From: Alphaproteobacteria bacterium
Lineage (GTDB): Bacteria; Pseudomonadota; Alphaproteobacteria; UBA2966
Length of the DNA: 64,000 nt
Direction: 5' to 3'
Assembly (NCBI GenBank): GCA_964291395.2
Contig: OZ219858.1
Location: forward strand, 1,248,001 to 1,312,000
Shown here: positions 31,488-42,370 of the stretch, one piece after another
How positions within the stretch are numbered: the first letter of the stretch is position 1
Layout: each line of letters starts with the position of its first letter
Notes under the pieces: model-generated
What the model was told of the DNA's origin: nothing
Database searches by the model: none
The model's input: only the letters and a program-made list of their open reading frames with translations
Position numbers and translations under genes: made by a program

Positions 31488-32351
31488 CTAGCCGAGCATT
31501 TCCCTCGGGTCGAACGTGAGCTCGATCTCGCGCCAGCGATGGTACTTGGTGAACGGCATTTTGAACGGCTCGCATTTTAGAACCGCACGAATAGCACTTT
31601 CCGCCGCCGCCCGGAAAAACGGGTCGCCAGCCAGTCGCTCATCGTCGACGATCTGCGGCTCACGACGCAAGGACCCGTCCGGATTGAGGAATACACGAAT
31701 CGTCACGACAAGATCCTCTGCGTAGCGTGCCCCGGCTTGAACGATCCAGCAGCGCTCGATCTGCGTTTTGAGAGCATCTACTTCCGACAATGTCAACGGT
31801 TGCCCTGCCAACGGCTGGGCGGTCCGGGACGTGATCTTGGGCGGCGCCCTCGGGGTTTCGGGCGTTTCCGGTGCCGACCGCTTGCGAGGTGTCTTGTCGA
31901 TCAACGCCGCGATCCGGTCGGCATCGAACTTGTACTTCTTCGATTTTACATCCTTGGGCGCTTCGGGCTTCGCCTTGGCCACCTTTCCTGCCGGCGGCTT
32001 CGGTTTACGCTTGGGTTTGGCAACCTTCTTGGGCGGTTTGGGCTTGGGCCTGGGTTTCGTCTCGGAAACGACGACCGCGACCTCCGCCTCCGGCTCAGCG
32101 GAGGCCGGCGGCGCCTCGACCAGCTTTGGCGGCTGGGGTTTTTGTCGGGGGTTCGGCGGCGGCTTGTCCTCTTTTACCGGTTCCGACTTCGGACGCGCCG
32201 CCCTGGTTTCCTCGGAGATGGTCACGAGCTCCACGACGACAGGCTGCTCCACGAGTTCCGGATCCGAACGCGACCACTCGGGTAGGCCCACGACACTGAT
32301 CCACAACACCGCCATGTGAATGACGGCGGATATGAAAATCCCGTTGCGCAC
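31488..32351 (-). CDS. tolA: TolA (TonB-like)
   Basis: SAVIH TM, Pro/Lys-rich linker, QIERCW...[12 protein letters not shown]...[10 protein letters not shown]. Confidence 0.88.
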   Translation of the reverse strand: MRNGIFISAVIHMAVLWISVVGLPEWSRSDPELVEQPVVVELVTISEETRAARPKSEPVKEDKPPPNPRQKPQPPKLVEAPPASAEPEAEVAVVVSETKPRPKPKPPKKVAKPKRKPKPPAGKVAKAKPEAPKDVKSKKYKFDADRIAALIDKTPRKRSAPETPETPRAPPKITSRTAQPLAGQPLTLSEVDALKTQIERCWIVQAGARYAEDLVVTIRVFLNPDGSLRREPQIVDDERLAGDPFFRAAAESAIRAVLKCEPFKMPFTKYHRWREIELTFDPREMLG

Positions 32352-32357
32352 CGTCCA

Positions 32358-32816
32358 CTACTGCTCGCGCACTCCTGAAACGTTGGATCTCGCCGTGATG
32401 AGCGCCACCCGCGAAAAGCCCGCCCGGTTGATGGTTCCCATGACCTCCATAACGTGCCCGTAGGGAACGTTCCGGTCGCCACGCACGAATATCCGTATGT
32501 CCGGCTTGTTGTCGGAGATCGCAATCAACCTCGGGACGAGGTTATCGAGTTCTATGGCGGTCTCCTGCAGGAACAACCGGCCCTGTCCGTCGATGCTCAC
32601 GGCGAGGGGTTCGTCCTGCCCTTGAATGACCCCCGCCTTCGTCTTGGGCAGATCAACTTGAACGCCGACGGTTAGCAGGGGGGCCGTCACCATGAACACG
32701 ACAAGCAGCACCAGCATGACGTCGACGAATGGCGTGACGTTAATCTCGCTCATCACCTTGAAGTCGCGCCCCGCACGAAGGCGAGGCCCGCGGCGACCTT
32801 GGATCACCACCGCCAT
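32358..32816 (-). CDS. tolR: TolR
   Basis: MSEINVTPFVDVMLVLL, VDLP, RGD. Confidence 0.96.
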   Translation of the reverse strand: MAVVIQGRRGPRLRAGRDFKVMSEINVTPFVDVMLVLLVVFMVTAPLLTVGVQVDLPKTKAGVIQGQDEPLAVSIDGQGRLFLQETAIELDNLVPRLIAISDNKPDIRIFVRGDRNVPYGHVMEVMGTINRAGFSRVALITARSNVSGVREQ

Positions 32817-33556
32817 CAGTTCGCCTGTCTGTGCTCGTCGAGTTGACGGGAGAGGATGGCCGAGAATTCTCCGGCGAAACTCTCGAGGCGGTTTGCATAG
32901 CGCAGAATATCGGTCGAGAACTTGTTATAGGCGACGACTGCGGGAATCGCCGCGACCAGCCCCAGCGCCGTGGCAAACAGCGCCTCGGCAATACCGGGAG
33001 CCACGACAGCCAAGCTCGTGTTCTTGGTAAGGGCGATGGCCTGAAAGCTGTTCATGATTCCCCAGACCGTCCCGAACAATCCGATAAAAGGCGCGGTCGA
33101 TCCGACCGTGGCGAGAAAGCCCAGATAGCGCTCCAGATTCTCCACCTCCCGATTCATGGTCAGTTGCATGACCTGTCCGATCCGGTCCTGAATGCCGGCA
33201 TGGAGGGTTCGTTCGTTCCCGGCGCCTCCCGCGGTGCTTCGCCGCCATTCCCGCATGGCTGCCGCGAACAAGAAGGCCATCGGGTGATCCGGCTGCCCTC
33301 CGATCCGATCGTAGAGGTCCTCCAGCGAACCTCCCGACCAGAAAGACTCTTCGAAGTCGTCTGCCTGCACCACCAACCGGCGCAGCCTGAGTATCTTTTC
33401 GACGATAATCGCCCAGCACCAGAACGAAGCCAGGATCAACACGAGAAGTACGGCTTTCACGACGACGTCGGCGCGCAGAAACAAACCGACCAAAGAAAGA
33501 TCCGCAGCGCTCACGGAGCCCGCCAGAACAGCTGCGTCAATTGCCTCTTTTTCCAT
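32816..33556 (-). CDS. tolQ: TolQ
   Basis: STAPFIGLFGTVWGIM, VAPGIAEALFATALGL. Confidence 0.96.
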   Translation of the reverse strand: MEKEAIDAAVLAGSVSAADLSLVGLFLRADVVVKAVLLVLILASFWCWAIIVEKILRLRRLVVQADDFEESFWSGGSLEDLYDRIGGQPDHPMAFLFAAAMREWRRSTAGGAGNERTLHAGIQDRIGQVMQLTMNREVENLERYLGFLATVGSTAPFIGLFGTVWGIMNSFQAIALTKNTSLAVVAPGIAEALFATALGLVAAIPAVVAYNKFSTDILRYANRLESFAGEFSAILSRQLDEHRQAN

Positions 33557-33558
33557 GC

Positions 33559-34038
33559 CTAGTTCGTCGTGTTGTTCACGGTGGCTGCGCCCGGCCGCGA
33601 GTGTGGCAAGGCGGCGAGCGATTCCTTGACGGGTGCCGGCAGGCGTCGGGGCTTTCCGGAACGGTCGAGGCACGCGACATTCACGATTGCCTTGACCAGG
33701 TCCGTGCCATTCCGCCGGACGATTTGCTCGGCTTGGAGCGACGCGCCGCGAATGTCGGTGAGACGGGTGTGGACCTCCAACTCGTCGTCGAGCCGCGCCG
33801 GCGCCAGGTAAGCCACTTCGCAACGCCGCACGGCGAACGTGACGTCGCCGTCTTCGAGCAATGCACGCTGTTGGATTCCCGCAAGGCGCAGGAGATCGGT
33901 ACGGGCGCGCTCGGCGTACTTCAGATAGTTGGCGTAGTACACGACGCCCGTCCCGTCGGTGTCCTCCCAGTAAACACGCAACGGCAGCACGTGCACGGAA
34001 CCCTGCAGCCAGCCGCTGCCGGGACGGCCATCAACCAT
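33559..34038 (-). CDS. ybgC: Tol-Pal-associated acyl-CoA thioesterase
   Basis: [31 protein letters not shown]. Confidence 0.92.
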   Translation of the reverse strand: MVDGRPGSGWLQGSVHVLPLRVYWEDTDGTGVVYYANYLKYAERARTDLLRLAGIQQRALLEDGDVTFAVRRCEVAYLAPARLDDELEVHTRLTDIRGASLQAEQIVRRNGTDLVKAIVNVACLDRSGKPRRLPAPVKESLAALPHSRPGAATVNNTTN

Positions 34039-35080
34039 CTTCGACATCCTCCTCGGCAACCAGTTCCAGCTGGGCCGGGAACTGCTGCGGCGCTTGCAGG
34101 CCGAGGTGTCCAAATCCGGACGCCGTGAGCATGCGCCCGCGTGACGTTCGTTGGGCGAGTCCCTGTTGAATGAGGAATGGCTCGATGATCTCTTCGATCG
34201 TGTCCCGCGGCTCGCTCAGTGCGGCCGCCAAAGTGTCGACCCCCACCGGGCCTCCGCCGTAGTGGTCCGCGATGAGGGCGAGATAACGGCGGTCGAGGGC
34301 ATCGAGGCCTCGGACGTCCACTTCGAGGCGACCGAGCGCGCCGTCGGCAACGTTCCGATCAATGGATGTCACGCCTTCTACGGTGGCGAAGTCGCGGACC
34401 CTTCGCAGGAGGCGACCGGCCACGCGGGGCGTTCCGCGAGAGCGTTTGGCGATTTCGATTGCCCCGTCGCCGGTGATTTCGACGTCCAGGACACGTGCGC
34501 TCCGCTCGACGATTTCCCGCAACTCATCGAGCGCGTAAAAGCCCAACCGGGCATGGATCCCGAAACGGTCTCGGAGCGGTGTCGTCAGCAACCCCGACCG
34601 GGTCGTGGCGCCGATCAGCGTGAACGCGGGCATATCGATACGTACGGAACGCGCCGCCGGGCCTTCGCCGATGATGAGGTCGAGGTGAAAGTCCTCCATG
34701 GCCGGGTAGAGGATCTCTTCGACCGCCGGGCTCAGTCTGTGGATCTCGTCGATGAACAAAACGTCCCGCGGGTCGAGGTTGGTCAAGATCGCGGCGAGGT
34801 CTCCCGCCCGGGCGACCACGGGACCCGAAGTTGCCCGAAAGCCGACCCTCAGCTCGCGGGCAATGATTTGCGCCAGGGTCGTCTTGCCGAGGCCAGGCGG
34901 GCCCACGAACAGGACATGATCCAGGGCGTCGCCGCGGCTACGTGCGGCGTCGACGAACACTCGCAGATTCTCGCGGATGGAATGTTGTCCGATGAATTCA
35001 TCCAGTGCCTTGGGCCTGAGACTCGTTTCGACGGCGTCGTCGGAACCGAAATCCGCCGCGATGACACGTTCGTCCGTCAT
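34031..35080 (-). CDS. ruvB: Holliday junction helicase RuvB
   Basis: [38 protein letters not shown]. Confidence 0.98.
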   Translation of the reverse strand: MTDERVIAADFGSDDAVETSLRPKALDEFIGQHSIRENLRVFVDAARSRGDALDHVLFVGPPGLGKTTLAQIIARELRVGFRATSGPVVARAGDLAAILTNLDPRDVLFIDEIHRLSPAVEEILYPAMEDFHLDLIIGEGPAARSVRIDMPAFTLIGATTRSGLLTTPLRDRFGIHARLGFYALDELREIVERSARVLDVEITGDGAIEIAKRSRGTPRVAGRLLRRVRDFATVEGVTSIDRNVADGALGRLEVDVRGLDALDRRYLALIADHYGGGPVGVDTLAAALSEPRDTIEEIIEPFLIQQGLAQRTSRGRMLTASGFGHLGLQAPQQFPAQLELVAEEDVEDG

Positions 35081-35688
35081 CGCCCCAACTCCTTCAACCC
35101 TGCCTTGATCAGCGCTTCGACCGACGTGTCGTCACCGAGCGCCGAGGCCACGCTGGCAACGGCTCCGAACGCCTCGGCACGACCATAACCCAGATTGACG
35201 AGCGCAGAGACCGCGTCACCGGTTTCAGTGCCCGGCCTTTCGGTCTGTGGCCCGATGGCGTCGCCCGCACCCACGGCAACCGTCAACTGCGGGATCTTGT
35301 CCTTCAGCTCGGCGACGACCCGGCTCGCAAGCCTAGGTCCGACACCCGGTGCCTGAGTGAGCGGCACGTCGTCTTGTGCGGCAACCGCGCGGAACAGATC
35401 CGCCGGGGAAAGCACCGACAGGACTCCAAGAGCAACCCGGGCGCCGATGCCCTGCACGGTCTGCAGTCTTCGAAACCAGTCGCGCTCGGAGGCCTCGGAG
35501 AACCCGAACAAATGGATGTGATCCTCGCGGACGTGCGTTTCGATCTCGAGAGTTACGGAATCGCCGATGCGAGGCATGGCGTCCCTGGTCCGGCTCGAGC
35601 AGAACACCTGATAACCGACACCGCCGACGTCGACGACAACATGATCGTCTCCCGCCAGGCGCAGGACGCCATGAAGCCATGAGATCAT
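35077..35688 (-). CDS. ruvA: Holliday junction protein RuvA
   Basis: DVGGVGY, HVRED, LFGF, HhH, ALVNLGY. Confidence 0.96.
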   Translation of the reverse strand: MISWLHGVLRLAGDDHVVVDVGGVGYQVFCSSRTRDAMPRIGDSVTLEIETHVREDHIHLFGFSEASERDWFRRLQTVQGIGARVALGVLSVLSPADLFRAVAAQDDVPLTQAPGVGPRLASRVVAELKDKIPQLTVAVGAGDAIGPQTERPGTETGDAVSALVNLGYGRAEAFGAVASVASALGDDTSVEALIKAGLKELGR

Positions 35689-35689
35689 C

Positions 35690-36247
35690 TCACGGGCCTC
35701 CCCCAACGACCGACGCGGTTCGCGCCCGAGTCCGGCGTCCCGACGCTCGCTTCGGCGGCGATGGCATCCATCGTTGCCGGGTCGAGCGGTGATGGGCGTG
35801 GCAGATCGCTATCGCCAGGGCATCGGCGGCATCGGAATTGTCGATGGCGATGCCACCGAGCAAGGTCCGCACCATCATATGCATCTGTTGCTTCGCGGCG
35901 TGACCCACGCCGACGATAGACTTCTTTATGAGGTTTGCCGGGTACTCGGCGACGGGCAATCCGCGCATCGCCGGTGCCAGCAAGGTCACACCGCGGGCCT
36001 GCCCCAGCTTGAGCGTCGAGACGGGATTGCGATTGACGAACGTCTCTTCCACCGCTGCTTCCCGAGGCTCAAACCGTGCCAGGACGGTGGTGATGCCTTC
36101 GAACAGCTGGCGCAGCCGTTGCGAGAATTCGGCGTCCGACCTCGACGTCACGACACCGTTCGCGACATGCCGCAGCTGATTGCCGGACGCATCGATCACG
36201 CCCCAGCCCGAGCGTCTCAATCCAGGATCGATTCCGATGATTCTCAT
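35690..36247 (-). CDS. ruvC: Crossover junction endodeoxyribonuclease RuvC
   Basis: [30 protein letters not shown]. Confidence 0.97.
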   Translation of the reverse strand: MRIIGIDPGLRRSGWGVIDASGNQLRHVANGVVTSRSDAEFSQRLRQLFEGITTVLARFEPREAAVEETFVNRNPVSTLKLGQARGVTLLAPAMRGLPVAEYPANLIKKSIVGVGHAAKQQMHMMVRTLLGGIAIDNSDAADALAIAICHAHHRSTRQRWMPSPPKRASGRRTRARTASVVGGGP

Positions 36248-36277
36248 CGGGCAACCCTGATCGGACCGTACATCCCC

Positions 36278-37027
36278 TCAGGCATCGAGCTGATCGAGAA
36301 CGTCCTTGGGAATATCGAAATTCGCAGACACTCGCTGAACGTCGTCGTTGTCCTCGAGCGTCTCGAGAAGCTTGATCAGCGAGCCCGCCTGAGACTCGTC
36401 GACCGGAATCGTCGTCTGGGGCTTCCACGTCAAACTCGCGTTTTGCGATGCCCCGAACTGCCGTTCCAAGGCGTCCCGGACCTCGTTCAAGTCGTCGGGA
36501 TCGCAATTGATCTCGTGACCATCCTCCGTCGTCTCGCAATCACCCGCACCGGCCTCAATGGCGGCTTCGAGCATTTCCTCCTCGGAAGCCGCTTCTGGCA
36601 AGTAGTTGATCGAACCCACGCGATCGAACATGAACGAGACGCTTCCCGTTTCGCCCAGAGCTCCGCCGAATTTGCCGAAGGCCGAGCGCACGTCGGCCGC
36701 GGTGCGGTTGCGGTTGTCCGTCAAGGCCTCGACAATGAGGGCCACGCCCGCGGGCCCGTACCCCTCGTATCGGACCTCTTCGTAATTCGCGTCGTCTTCA
36801 CCGGTCGAACCCCGCTTGATCGCCCGCTCGATATTGTCCTTCGGCATGTTGGCCGCCCGCGCGGCCGCGACGGCCGCGCGAAGCCGGGAGTTCATTTCCG
36901 GGTCTGCCATTCCCGTTCGCGCGGCGACCTGAATCTCCCGCGCCAGCTTGGAGAACAGCTTGGACCGTCTGGCGTCCTGTGCGCCCTTGCGGTACATGAT
37001 GTTCTTGAATTGCGAATGGCCTGCCAT
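36278..37027 (-). CDS. yebC: YebC/PmpR-family protein
   Basis: [32 protein letters not shown]. Confidence 0.95.
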   Translation of the reverse strand: MAGHSQFKNIMYRKGAQDARRSKLFSKLAREIQVAARTGMADPEMNSRLRAAVAAARAANMPKDNIERAIKRGSTGEDDANYEEVRYEGYGPAGVALIVEALTDNRNRTAADVRSAFGKFGGALGETGSVSFMFDRVGSINYLPEAASEEEMLEAAIEAGAGDCETTEDGHEINCDPDDLNEVRDALERQFGASQNASLTWKPQTTIPVDESQAGSLIKLLETLEDNDDVQRVSANFDIPKDVLDQLDA

Positions 37028-37189
37028 CGATTCACGTAATGTATTTGGTTGGTAATTTCAGGAAATATACCAAATATTGTAGGAGGGAGCAGGAATTCCC
37101 AGGGTGGTCCGAAGATGCGCCACTGGTCGGGCGAGACGACAATCGTCGATTTAGGAGAGCAATGTGGCGGATTTTTGACCGCTCCGCGC

Positions 37190-38002
37190 CTAAGCAGGCC
37201 CGGCGGGTATGAGGTGCCCGCCGATGCGGATGGGGGCTATGGACGTGGCGAATCCGCTCGAATCATCGGTTTCGACACAGACGCCGCATAGCGTGGCGTT
37301 GCCCAACGCTGGCGTGAACCGTCCACCAGGGATCTTGTTCACGAACCTGTTGATCGGTTCTTCCTTCTCCATCCCGATTATCGAGTCATAGTCACCGCAC
37401 ATCCCGAGATCGGTTTGGTAAGCGGTCCCGCCTGCAAGGATGCGGGCATCCGCCGTCGGCACGTGAGAGTGCGTTCCCACGGCCATGGAGGCCCGTCCGT
37501 CGACATAATGACCCATGGCATTCTTCTCGCTCGTCGCCTCTCCGTGCACGTCGACGACGATGGCGTCGGCCTCGCGCCCCAGTCGGAGAGGAGCGAGTTC
37601 GTCGTCGATGCGCGCAAAGGGATCATCGAGCGGATCCATGAACACCCGGCCCATCACTTGAATGACGACGACCTTTCGGTCTCCCGGCAATTCGTAGAGC
37701 CCGACGCCGCGGCCGGGCGTACCCGAAGGATAGTTGCACGGCCGCAACAGGCGTTCCTCGGTGTCGATGAAGGTGAATATCTCCTTCCGATCCCAGACGT
37801 GATTTCCGGTCGTGATCACATCCACGCCGGCATCGAAGAACTCGTCACAGATCTTGGGAGTGATTCCAAATCCGCCAGCCGCGTTCTCCCCGTTGGCGAT
37901 CACGAAGTCGACGTTCAACCGCTCCCGCAGGGCCGGAACGTGTTCGCAGACGGCTTTCCGTCCCGAGCGGCCGACCACGTCGCCTACGAACAGCAGTTTC
38001 AT
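37190..38002 (-). CDS. YmdB-like (TIGR00282) metallophosphoesterase
   Basis: GDVVG, NGEN, GNHVWD, DVHGEATSEK, GTHSHVPT, TDLGM. Confidence 0.92.
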   Translation of the reverse strand: MKLLFVGDVVGRSGRKAVCEHVPALRERLNVDFVIANGENAAGGFGITPKICDEFFDAGVDVITTGNHVWDRKEIFTFIDTEERLLRPCNYPSGTPGRGVGLYELPGDRKVVVIQVMGRVFMDPLDDPFARIDDELAPLRLGREADAIVVDVHGEATSEKNAMGHYVDGRASMAVGTHSHVPTADARILAGGTAYQTDLGMCGDYDSIIGMEKEEPINRFVNKIPGGRFTPALGNATLCGVCVETDDSSGFATSIAPIRIGGHLIPAGPA

Positions 38003-38577
38003 GCGAATGTCCTCGCAAAGACTTCGGTGACGACCCAGTCCAGGCGTTCGTCCGTTTCGTCATGCGGAACGGCATCGACCTCCTGGCCGGCGTAAGCGAA
38101 TCCGACCGCCAGGCAGTATTTCGCGTCTCGACGCAGCGAACGGATCGTGCGGTCGTAGTAGCCGCCCCCGTATCCCAATCTGAACCCGTACTTGTCAAAC
38201 GCCAACAGCGGCACGATCAGCACCTCCGGTACGATAACGTGCGCGTCGGGAGGGGGTTCGCTGGTCCCGAACTCACCCCTCACCAATGGATCGTCGGGAG
38301 CCCATTCGCGAAACTCCAGGGGACGTTCGCGCCCCGGAACGGCCGGAAGGGCGCAGCGCGTGCCCCGCCTTCCCAGCTCCGTCAGCAACGGTCGCGGGTC
38401 CAGTTCGCCTTGGATCGGCCAGTAACCGGCCACGATGCGCGACCCCGCCCCCCCTATTCGATCGAGAAAATTGTCGGCCGCGAGTTCCGCGGCATTCCGC
38501 AGCGCCGATTCGCGTAGTTTCAGGCGCCGTATCCGGGCAACCTCTCGCAAAGACGCCTTGGCAGAGATCTCGTCCAT
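37999..38577 (-). CDS. ygfA: 5-formyltetrahydrofolate cyclo-ligase
   Basis: VPLLAFD, RLGYGGGYYDRT, PHDETD; downstream of 6S RNA. Confidence 0.93.
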   Translation of the reverse strand: MDEISAKASLREVARIRRLKLRESALRNAAELAADNFLDRIGGAGSRIVAGYWPIQGELDPRPLLTELGRRGTRCALPAVPGRERPLEFREWAPDDPLVRGEFGTSEPPPDAHVIVPEVLIVPLLAFDKYGFRLGYGGGYYDRTIRSLRRDAKYCLAVGFAYAGQEVDAVPHDETDERLDWVVTEVFARTFA

Positions 38578-38660
38578 AACATCAAGAATACGCGATGCCG
38601 TGCCGCATTCGTTCGCGCGGTCGACCGGCAAATTCACGATGGATAGCGGGAAACGCGGCC

Positions 38661-38817
38661 GGCGGGACCGCCGCAGCCGTCAACGGAGCCGATCCTCTGT
38701 GGCCTGCATGTGCAGGTGGGCGCCGCGTACCGAGACCGCAATCCCGGCAGAGACGGCTCCCGACAGATCGGTTTGACCCCAGGGACGATACCGTCGACGC
38801 GCCGGGCAGAACCCGCC
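38661..38817 (-). ncRNA. ssrS: 6S RNA
   Basis: Between zapA and ygfA; terminal stem GGCGGG/CCCGCC; alpha-type segments TCCCTGGGGTC and GGCGCCCACCTG; about 157 nt. Confidence 0.85.
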
Positions 38818-38828
38818 GTCCCTCCAAA

Positions 38829-39179
38829 TTAGGTGCTCTGCAATCGATCGGCAATATCGTCGAGACGCGCCGCAACCCGGTCGATCGCGGTGTTTGCCGC
38901 CTTGACGACCTCGCCTGCGGCCTTGTCGCCGACCAGTTTCATGTCGGCGATGTCCGACTCGAGGCGGGCAATGGCATTGCGAGAATCGAACAACTCATCC
39001 GCGATGAGCAGTCCGGCCATGAGCATGAGACGCGCTTCTCCGACCTGGCCGATCGATCGCACCAATTCCGTGACGCTGCGGTTCAAATGGTCCCCGAGCT
39101 CGAGCAGATGCTCCTCTTCGCCATCCTCGCAGGCAACGAGGTATTCCCGGCCGTTGACCGTCATCGCAACCTGGGCCAT
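38829..39179 (-). CDS. zapA: Cell division protein ZapA
   Basis: VNGREYLVACEDGEE, RLMLMAGLLIADEL. Confidence 0.93.
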   Translation of the reverse strand: MAQVAMTVNGREYLVACEDGEEEHLLELGDHLNRSVTELVRSIGQVGEARLMLMAGLLIADELFDSRNAIARLESDIADMKLVGDKAAGEVVKAANTAIDRVAARLDDIADRLQST

Positions 39180-39180
39180 G

Positions 39181-39480
39181 TCAGGCACTGAGCACTTCGC
39201 GGAGCCGGCCGATCGTCTCATCCAGCCGATCCCGAACAGTGTCCGTTATGTTTTCCAGGACGCGGTACTCGACTTGCGCGTCTTCCAATGCGGTCGCAAG
39301 GGCATTCTTCTCCGCCTGCAACGAATTCAGCCGGGATTTCAGGGAATTGACTTCAGATTCGAGCGATTCGACCCGCTTGGCGGTGGACTTCTCAACCGCC
39401 GAAATTCGATCCGCGATTGCCTGTTCGAGCCGGCTGGCCGATCGTTCCAAGCGGTCGGTGGCCAAAACCTCTTCATTCAT
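39181..39480 (-). CDS. Coiled-coil ZapA partner (DUF4164/ZauP-like)
   Basis: All coiled coil, C-terminal RLDETIGRLREVL; directly upstream of zapA. Confidence 0.75.
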   Translation of the reverse strand: MNEEVLATDRLERSASRLEQAIADRISAVEKSTAKRVESLESEVNSLKSRLNSLQAEKNALATALEDAQVEYRVLENITDTVRDRLDETIGRLREVLSA

Positions 39481-40073
39481 GACCTTCGTCCTCCCCGCCC
39501 CGTCCGGCGGTCGGCCAACAAATGATTTATTATTTTATCCAAAGGGGTTATCTGATGACCTTGGCAGGCAGCATAGGCTTGGTTTCGAAGCGCCGTCAAC
39601 CGCGTGCGCCGTGAGGGATCGAAACCTGAGCAATGCTTGAGCGACCGTCCCGACACTCTCCAAACCCCAAACCGGGCGCTCCCAATGTGGCCATCCTTTA
39701 TGAAGCATGCCACGGCCTCGGGGTTGCGTCCGGAGGGCTCCATCCGCGCCGGGGCCTGCGGCGATGCGGCTCCGCTTCGAGGTGCGCCATTTGGCCGAGG
39801 TCGAGTTCGCCGCTTGCGTCGGCGCGATACTCACGACTTTTCGTCGGTCAGGTCGAGAACCTTCCGGTAAATGACGGCGCCGAGCCGGTGGACAACCGCC
39901 TGATCTCGTAGAGCTTGACCGCGATGGGGATTTTGCCCCTTCTCGGAACCTCCTCCGGGGTCAAGTTCGGGGGGAGCACGACACCGTCGCCGTAGTCGAC
40001 GTTCGGCGATCTTGTCGTCGTCCTGAACTAGGACGCTAGCCTGACAACGTCGTGAACGTGAAGGTAGACTTCC

Positions 40074-40739
40074 ATGATGGCTTCGACCGGATGCCGCCTC
40101 TATTTGGTATCGCCGCCCAAGGTCGACGCGCTGCGCTTCTCCGAGCAGCTCAAGGCCGCGTTCGACGGCGGCGACGTCGCCTGCCTCCAGTTGCGGTTGA
40201 AGGACCGCGACGACGCCGAAGTCTTGCGCGCGGCGGAACTTCTGGCACCCATCTGCCACCGGTATGATGCCCCGTTGCTCATCAATGATCGTCCGGATCT
40301 CGCCGCGGCCAGCGACTCGGACGGTGTGCATATCGGTCAGGAAGATGCGACCTTCGAGGAGGCCCGGGAGCTTCTGGGACCTGACAAGATCATCGGTGTG
40401 ACATGTCACGACTCACGCGACCTCGCCATCACCGCCGTGGAGAACGGAGCCGATTACGTGGCGTTTGGCGCGTTCTATCGGACCGGCACGAAGTCCGCCA
40501 AGACGCGGGCCGCGCCCGATATCTTGAAATGGGTCGCGGATACCATGCCGACACCGACCGTTGCCATCGGTGGCATCACACCGCTGAATTGTCCTCCGCT
40601 GGTTCGAGCGGGCGCGGATTTTCTGGCTGTCATCTCGGCCGTATGGGACCACGAACATGGACCGACGGCCGGAGTCCGTGCCTTCAACGATGCGGTCGCG
40701 CGCACATTGGACCGGGATCCCGGCGACTCGGTTCAATGA
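40074..40739 (+). CDS. thiE: Thiamine-phosphate synthase
   Basis: LQLRLK, LINDR, DGVHIGQED, GADYVAFG, VAIGGI. Confidence 0.9.
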   Translation: MMASTGCRLYLVSPPKVDALRFSEQLKAAFDGGDVACLQLRLKDRDDAEVLRAAELLAPICHRYDAPLLINDRPDLAAASDSDGVHIGQEDATFEEARELLGPDKIIGVTCHDSRDLAITAVENGADYVAFGAFYRTGTKSAKTRAAPDILKWVADTMPTPTVAIGGITPLNCPPLVRAGADFLAVISAVWDHEHGPTAGVRAFNDAVARTLDRDPGDSVQ

Positions 40740-40835
40740 CGGTTCGATCAATTGAACGGGTATGGACAAGCTGTTAGGTTCCGCGCCTCCGGGTAGATTT
40801 GACCGGGACCCGGACCCGGACCGCAAACCAAGATC

Positions 40836-41402
40836 ATGCGAATAAACGGCAATGCAATCCGGCCGGGAATGGTGATCGAGCACAACGGTGAATTGTGGAC
40901 TGCGGTCAAGATCCAGCATACGCAGCCGGGCAAGGGGGGCGCCTACCTTCAGGTCGAGCTCAAAAACCTGAAAAACGGATCGAAGCTCAACGAGCGGTTC
41001 CGTTCATCCGAATCGGTCGAGCGCGTTCGGCTCGATCAAAAGGAGCATCAGTTCCTGTACGCGGATGGCGAAATGTTCACGTTCATGAACACCGAGACTT
41101 ATGATCAGACTCAACTCCCTTCGGATCTCGTCGGCGAGCCTGCCGTGTTTCTGCAAGACGGCATGATCGTGACGATCGAGAGCTACGAAGGCACTCCCAT
41201 CCGAGTCGAACTTCCCGAGACCGTGACCATGGCGGTAGCCGAGACCGAGCCCACGGTCCGGGGACAAACGGCGGCTGCCTCGTACAAACCCGCCATCCTG
41301 GAAAACGGCGTACGCACCATGGTGCCGCCGTTCATTGAGATCAGCGACCGGATCGTGGTCAACACGGCCGACGGAAGTTACGCCAAACGGGCTGAAGCCT
41401 GA
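40836..41402 (+). CDS. efp: Elongation factor P
   Basis: PGKGGA loop, [22 protein letters not shown]. Confidence 0.97.
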   Translation: MRINGNAIRPGMVIEHNGELWTAVKIQHTQPGKGGAYLQVELKNLKNGSKLNERFRSSESVERVRLDQKEHQFLYADGEMFTFMNTETYDQTQLPSDLVGEPAVFLQDGMIVTIESYEGTPIRVELPETVTMAVAETEPTVRGQTAAASYKPAILENGVRTMVPPFIEISDRIVVNTADGSYAKRAEA

Positions 41403-41433
41403 GTCTTCTTGCCCACTATCGGGAAGGCCGAAC

Positions 41434-42240
41434 ATGGCAGTCCGATCCGCGTTGATCAACGTCATGACGGGCGCCGCCCGCAAGGCCGCGCGGACCCTCG
41501 TTCACGATTTCGGCGAGGTCGAACAGCTCCAGGTTTCGATGAAGGGGCCCGCGGATTTCGTGTCCGCCGCGGACAGGCGTGCGGAACAGATACTCCTCGC
41601 GGAACTCACGTCAGCCCGCCCCCGTTATGGCGCGCTCTTGGAGGAATCAGGTGAGATCCAAGGGGAGGACACGTCGAATCGCTGGATTGTGGACCCCCTC
41701 GACGGGACACTGAACTTTCTCCACGGAATTCCGCACTTCTGCCTCAACATCGCGGTCGAACGCGACGGCGAGATCATTGCCGGCGTCACGTACGATCCTC
41801 TGCGCGACGAGATGTTCTGGGCGGAGAGAGGCGCCGGCGCATACCTCAATCACAATCGCCTGCGTGTCTCTACTCGCGAACGTTTGGAGACGGCGGTCCT
41901 GGCAACGGGCCTTCCACCACGGCAGCGGCGGAATCATCGCGGCTTTGCCGCGGAGCTATCCGCCATGACGCCGAAAACCGCCGGTATTCGGCGTTTGGGG
42001 TCCGCGGCGCTCGATCTCGCCTACGTCGCCGCAGGCCGGCTCGACGGGTTCTGGGAAAAGGGGCTTGGTCCTTGGGATCTGGCGGCCGGGATCGTGCTGG
42101 TCCGAGAAGCCGGGGGATTTGTGGGAGAGATGGGCGGCGGGAGCGACATGATGAATACCGGCGACGTCATCGCGGCGAATGACCGCCTGTTCGACACGAT
42201 CGGGGAGACGCTTCGAAGCGCGGCGAGCGAAGGGCAGTGA
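41434..42240 (+). CDS. suhB: Inositol monophosphatase family protein SuhB
   Basis: DFGEVE, WIVDPLDGT, GSAALDLAYVA, PWDLAAG. Confidence 0.93.
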   Translation: MAVRSALINVMTGAARKAARTLVHDFGEVEQLQVSMKGPADFVSAADRRAEQILLAELTSARPRYGALLEESGEIQGEDTSNRWIVDPLDGTLNFLHGIPHFCLNIAVERDGEIIAGVTYDPLRDEMFWAERGAGAYLNHNRLRVSTRERLETAVLATGLPPRQRRNHRGFAAELSAMTPKTAGIRRLGSAALDLAYVAAGRLDGFWEKGLGPWDLAAGIVLVREAGGFVGEMGGGSDMMNTGDVIAANDRLFDTIGETLRSAASEGQ

Positions 42241-42370
42241 CGACGCCTCCTACGGCCTCGGTGCAGCAGACGAAGGCCCACGGGAATTCCCGTGGGCGAC
42301 ACCCTGGCTAACCTGTTGTCGGGTTATACCCCCTGAGCTATTGTGCCTGACCGCTGAGTGGGCGAGGGGG

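Noticed and set aside
40801-40823. GGACCC-like hexamer repeats upstream of efp
   Set aside because: Only 3-4 imperfect units; too short to support phase variation
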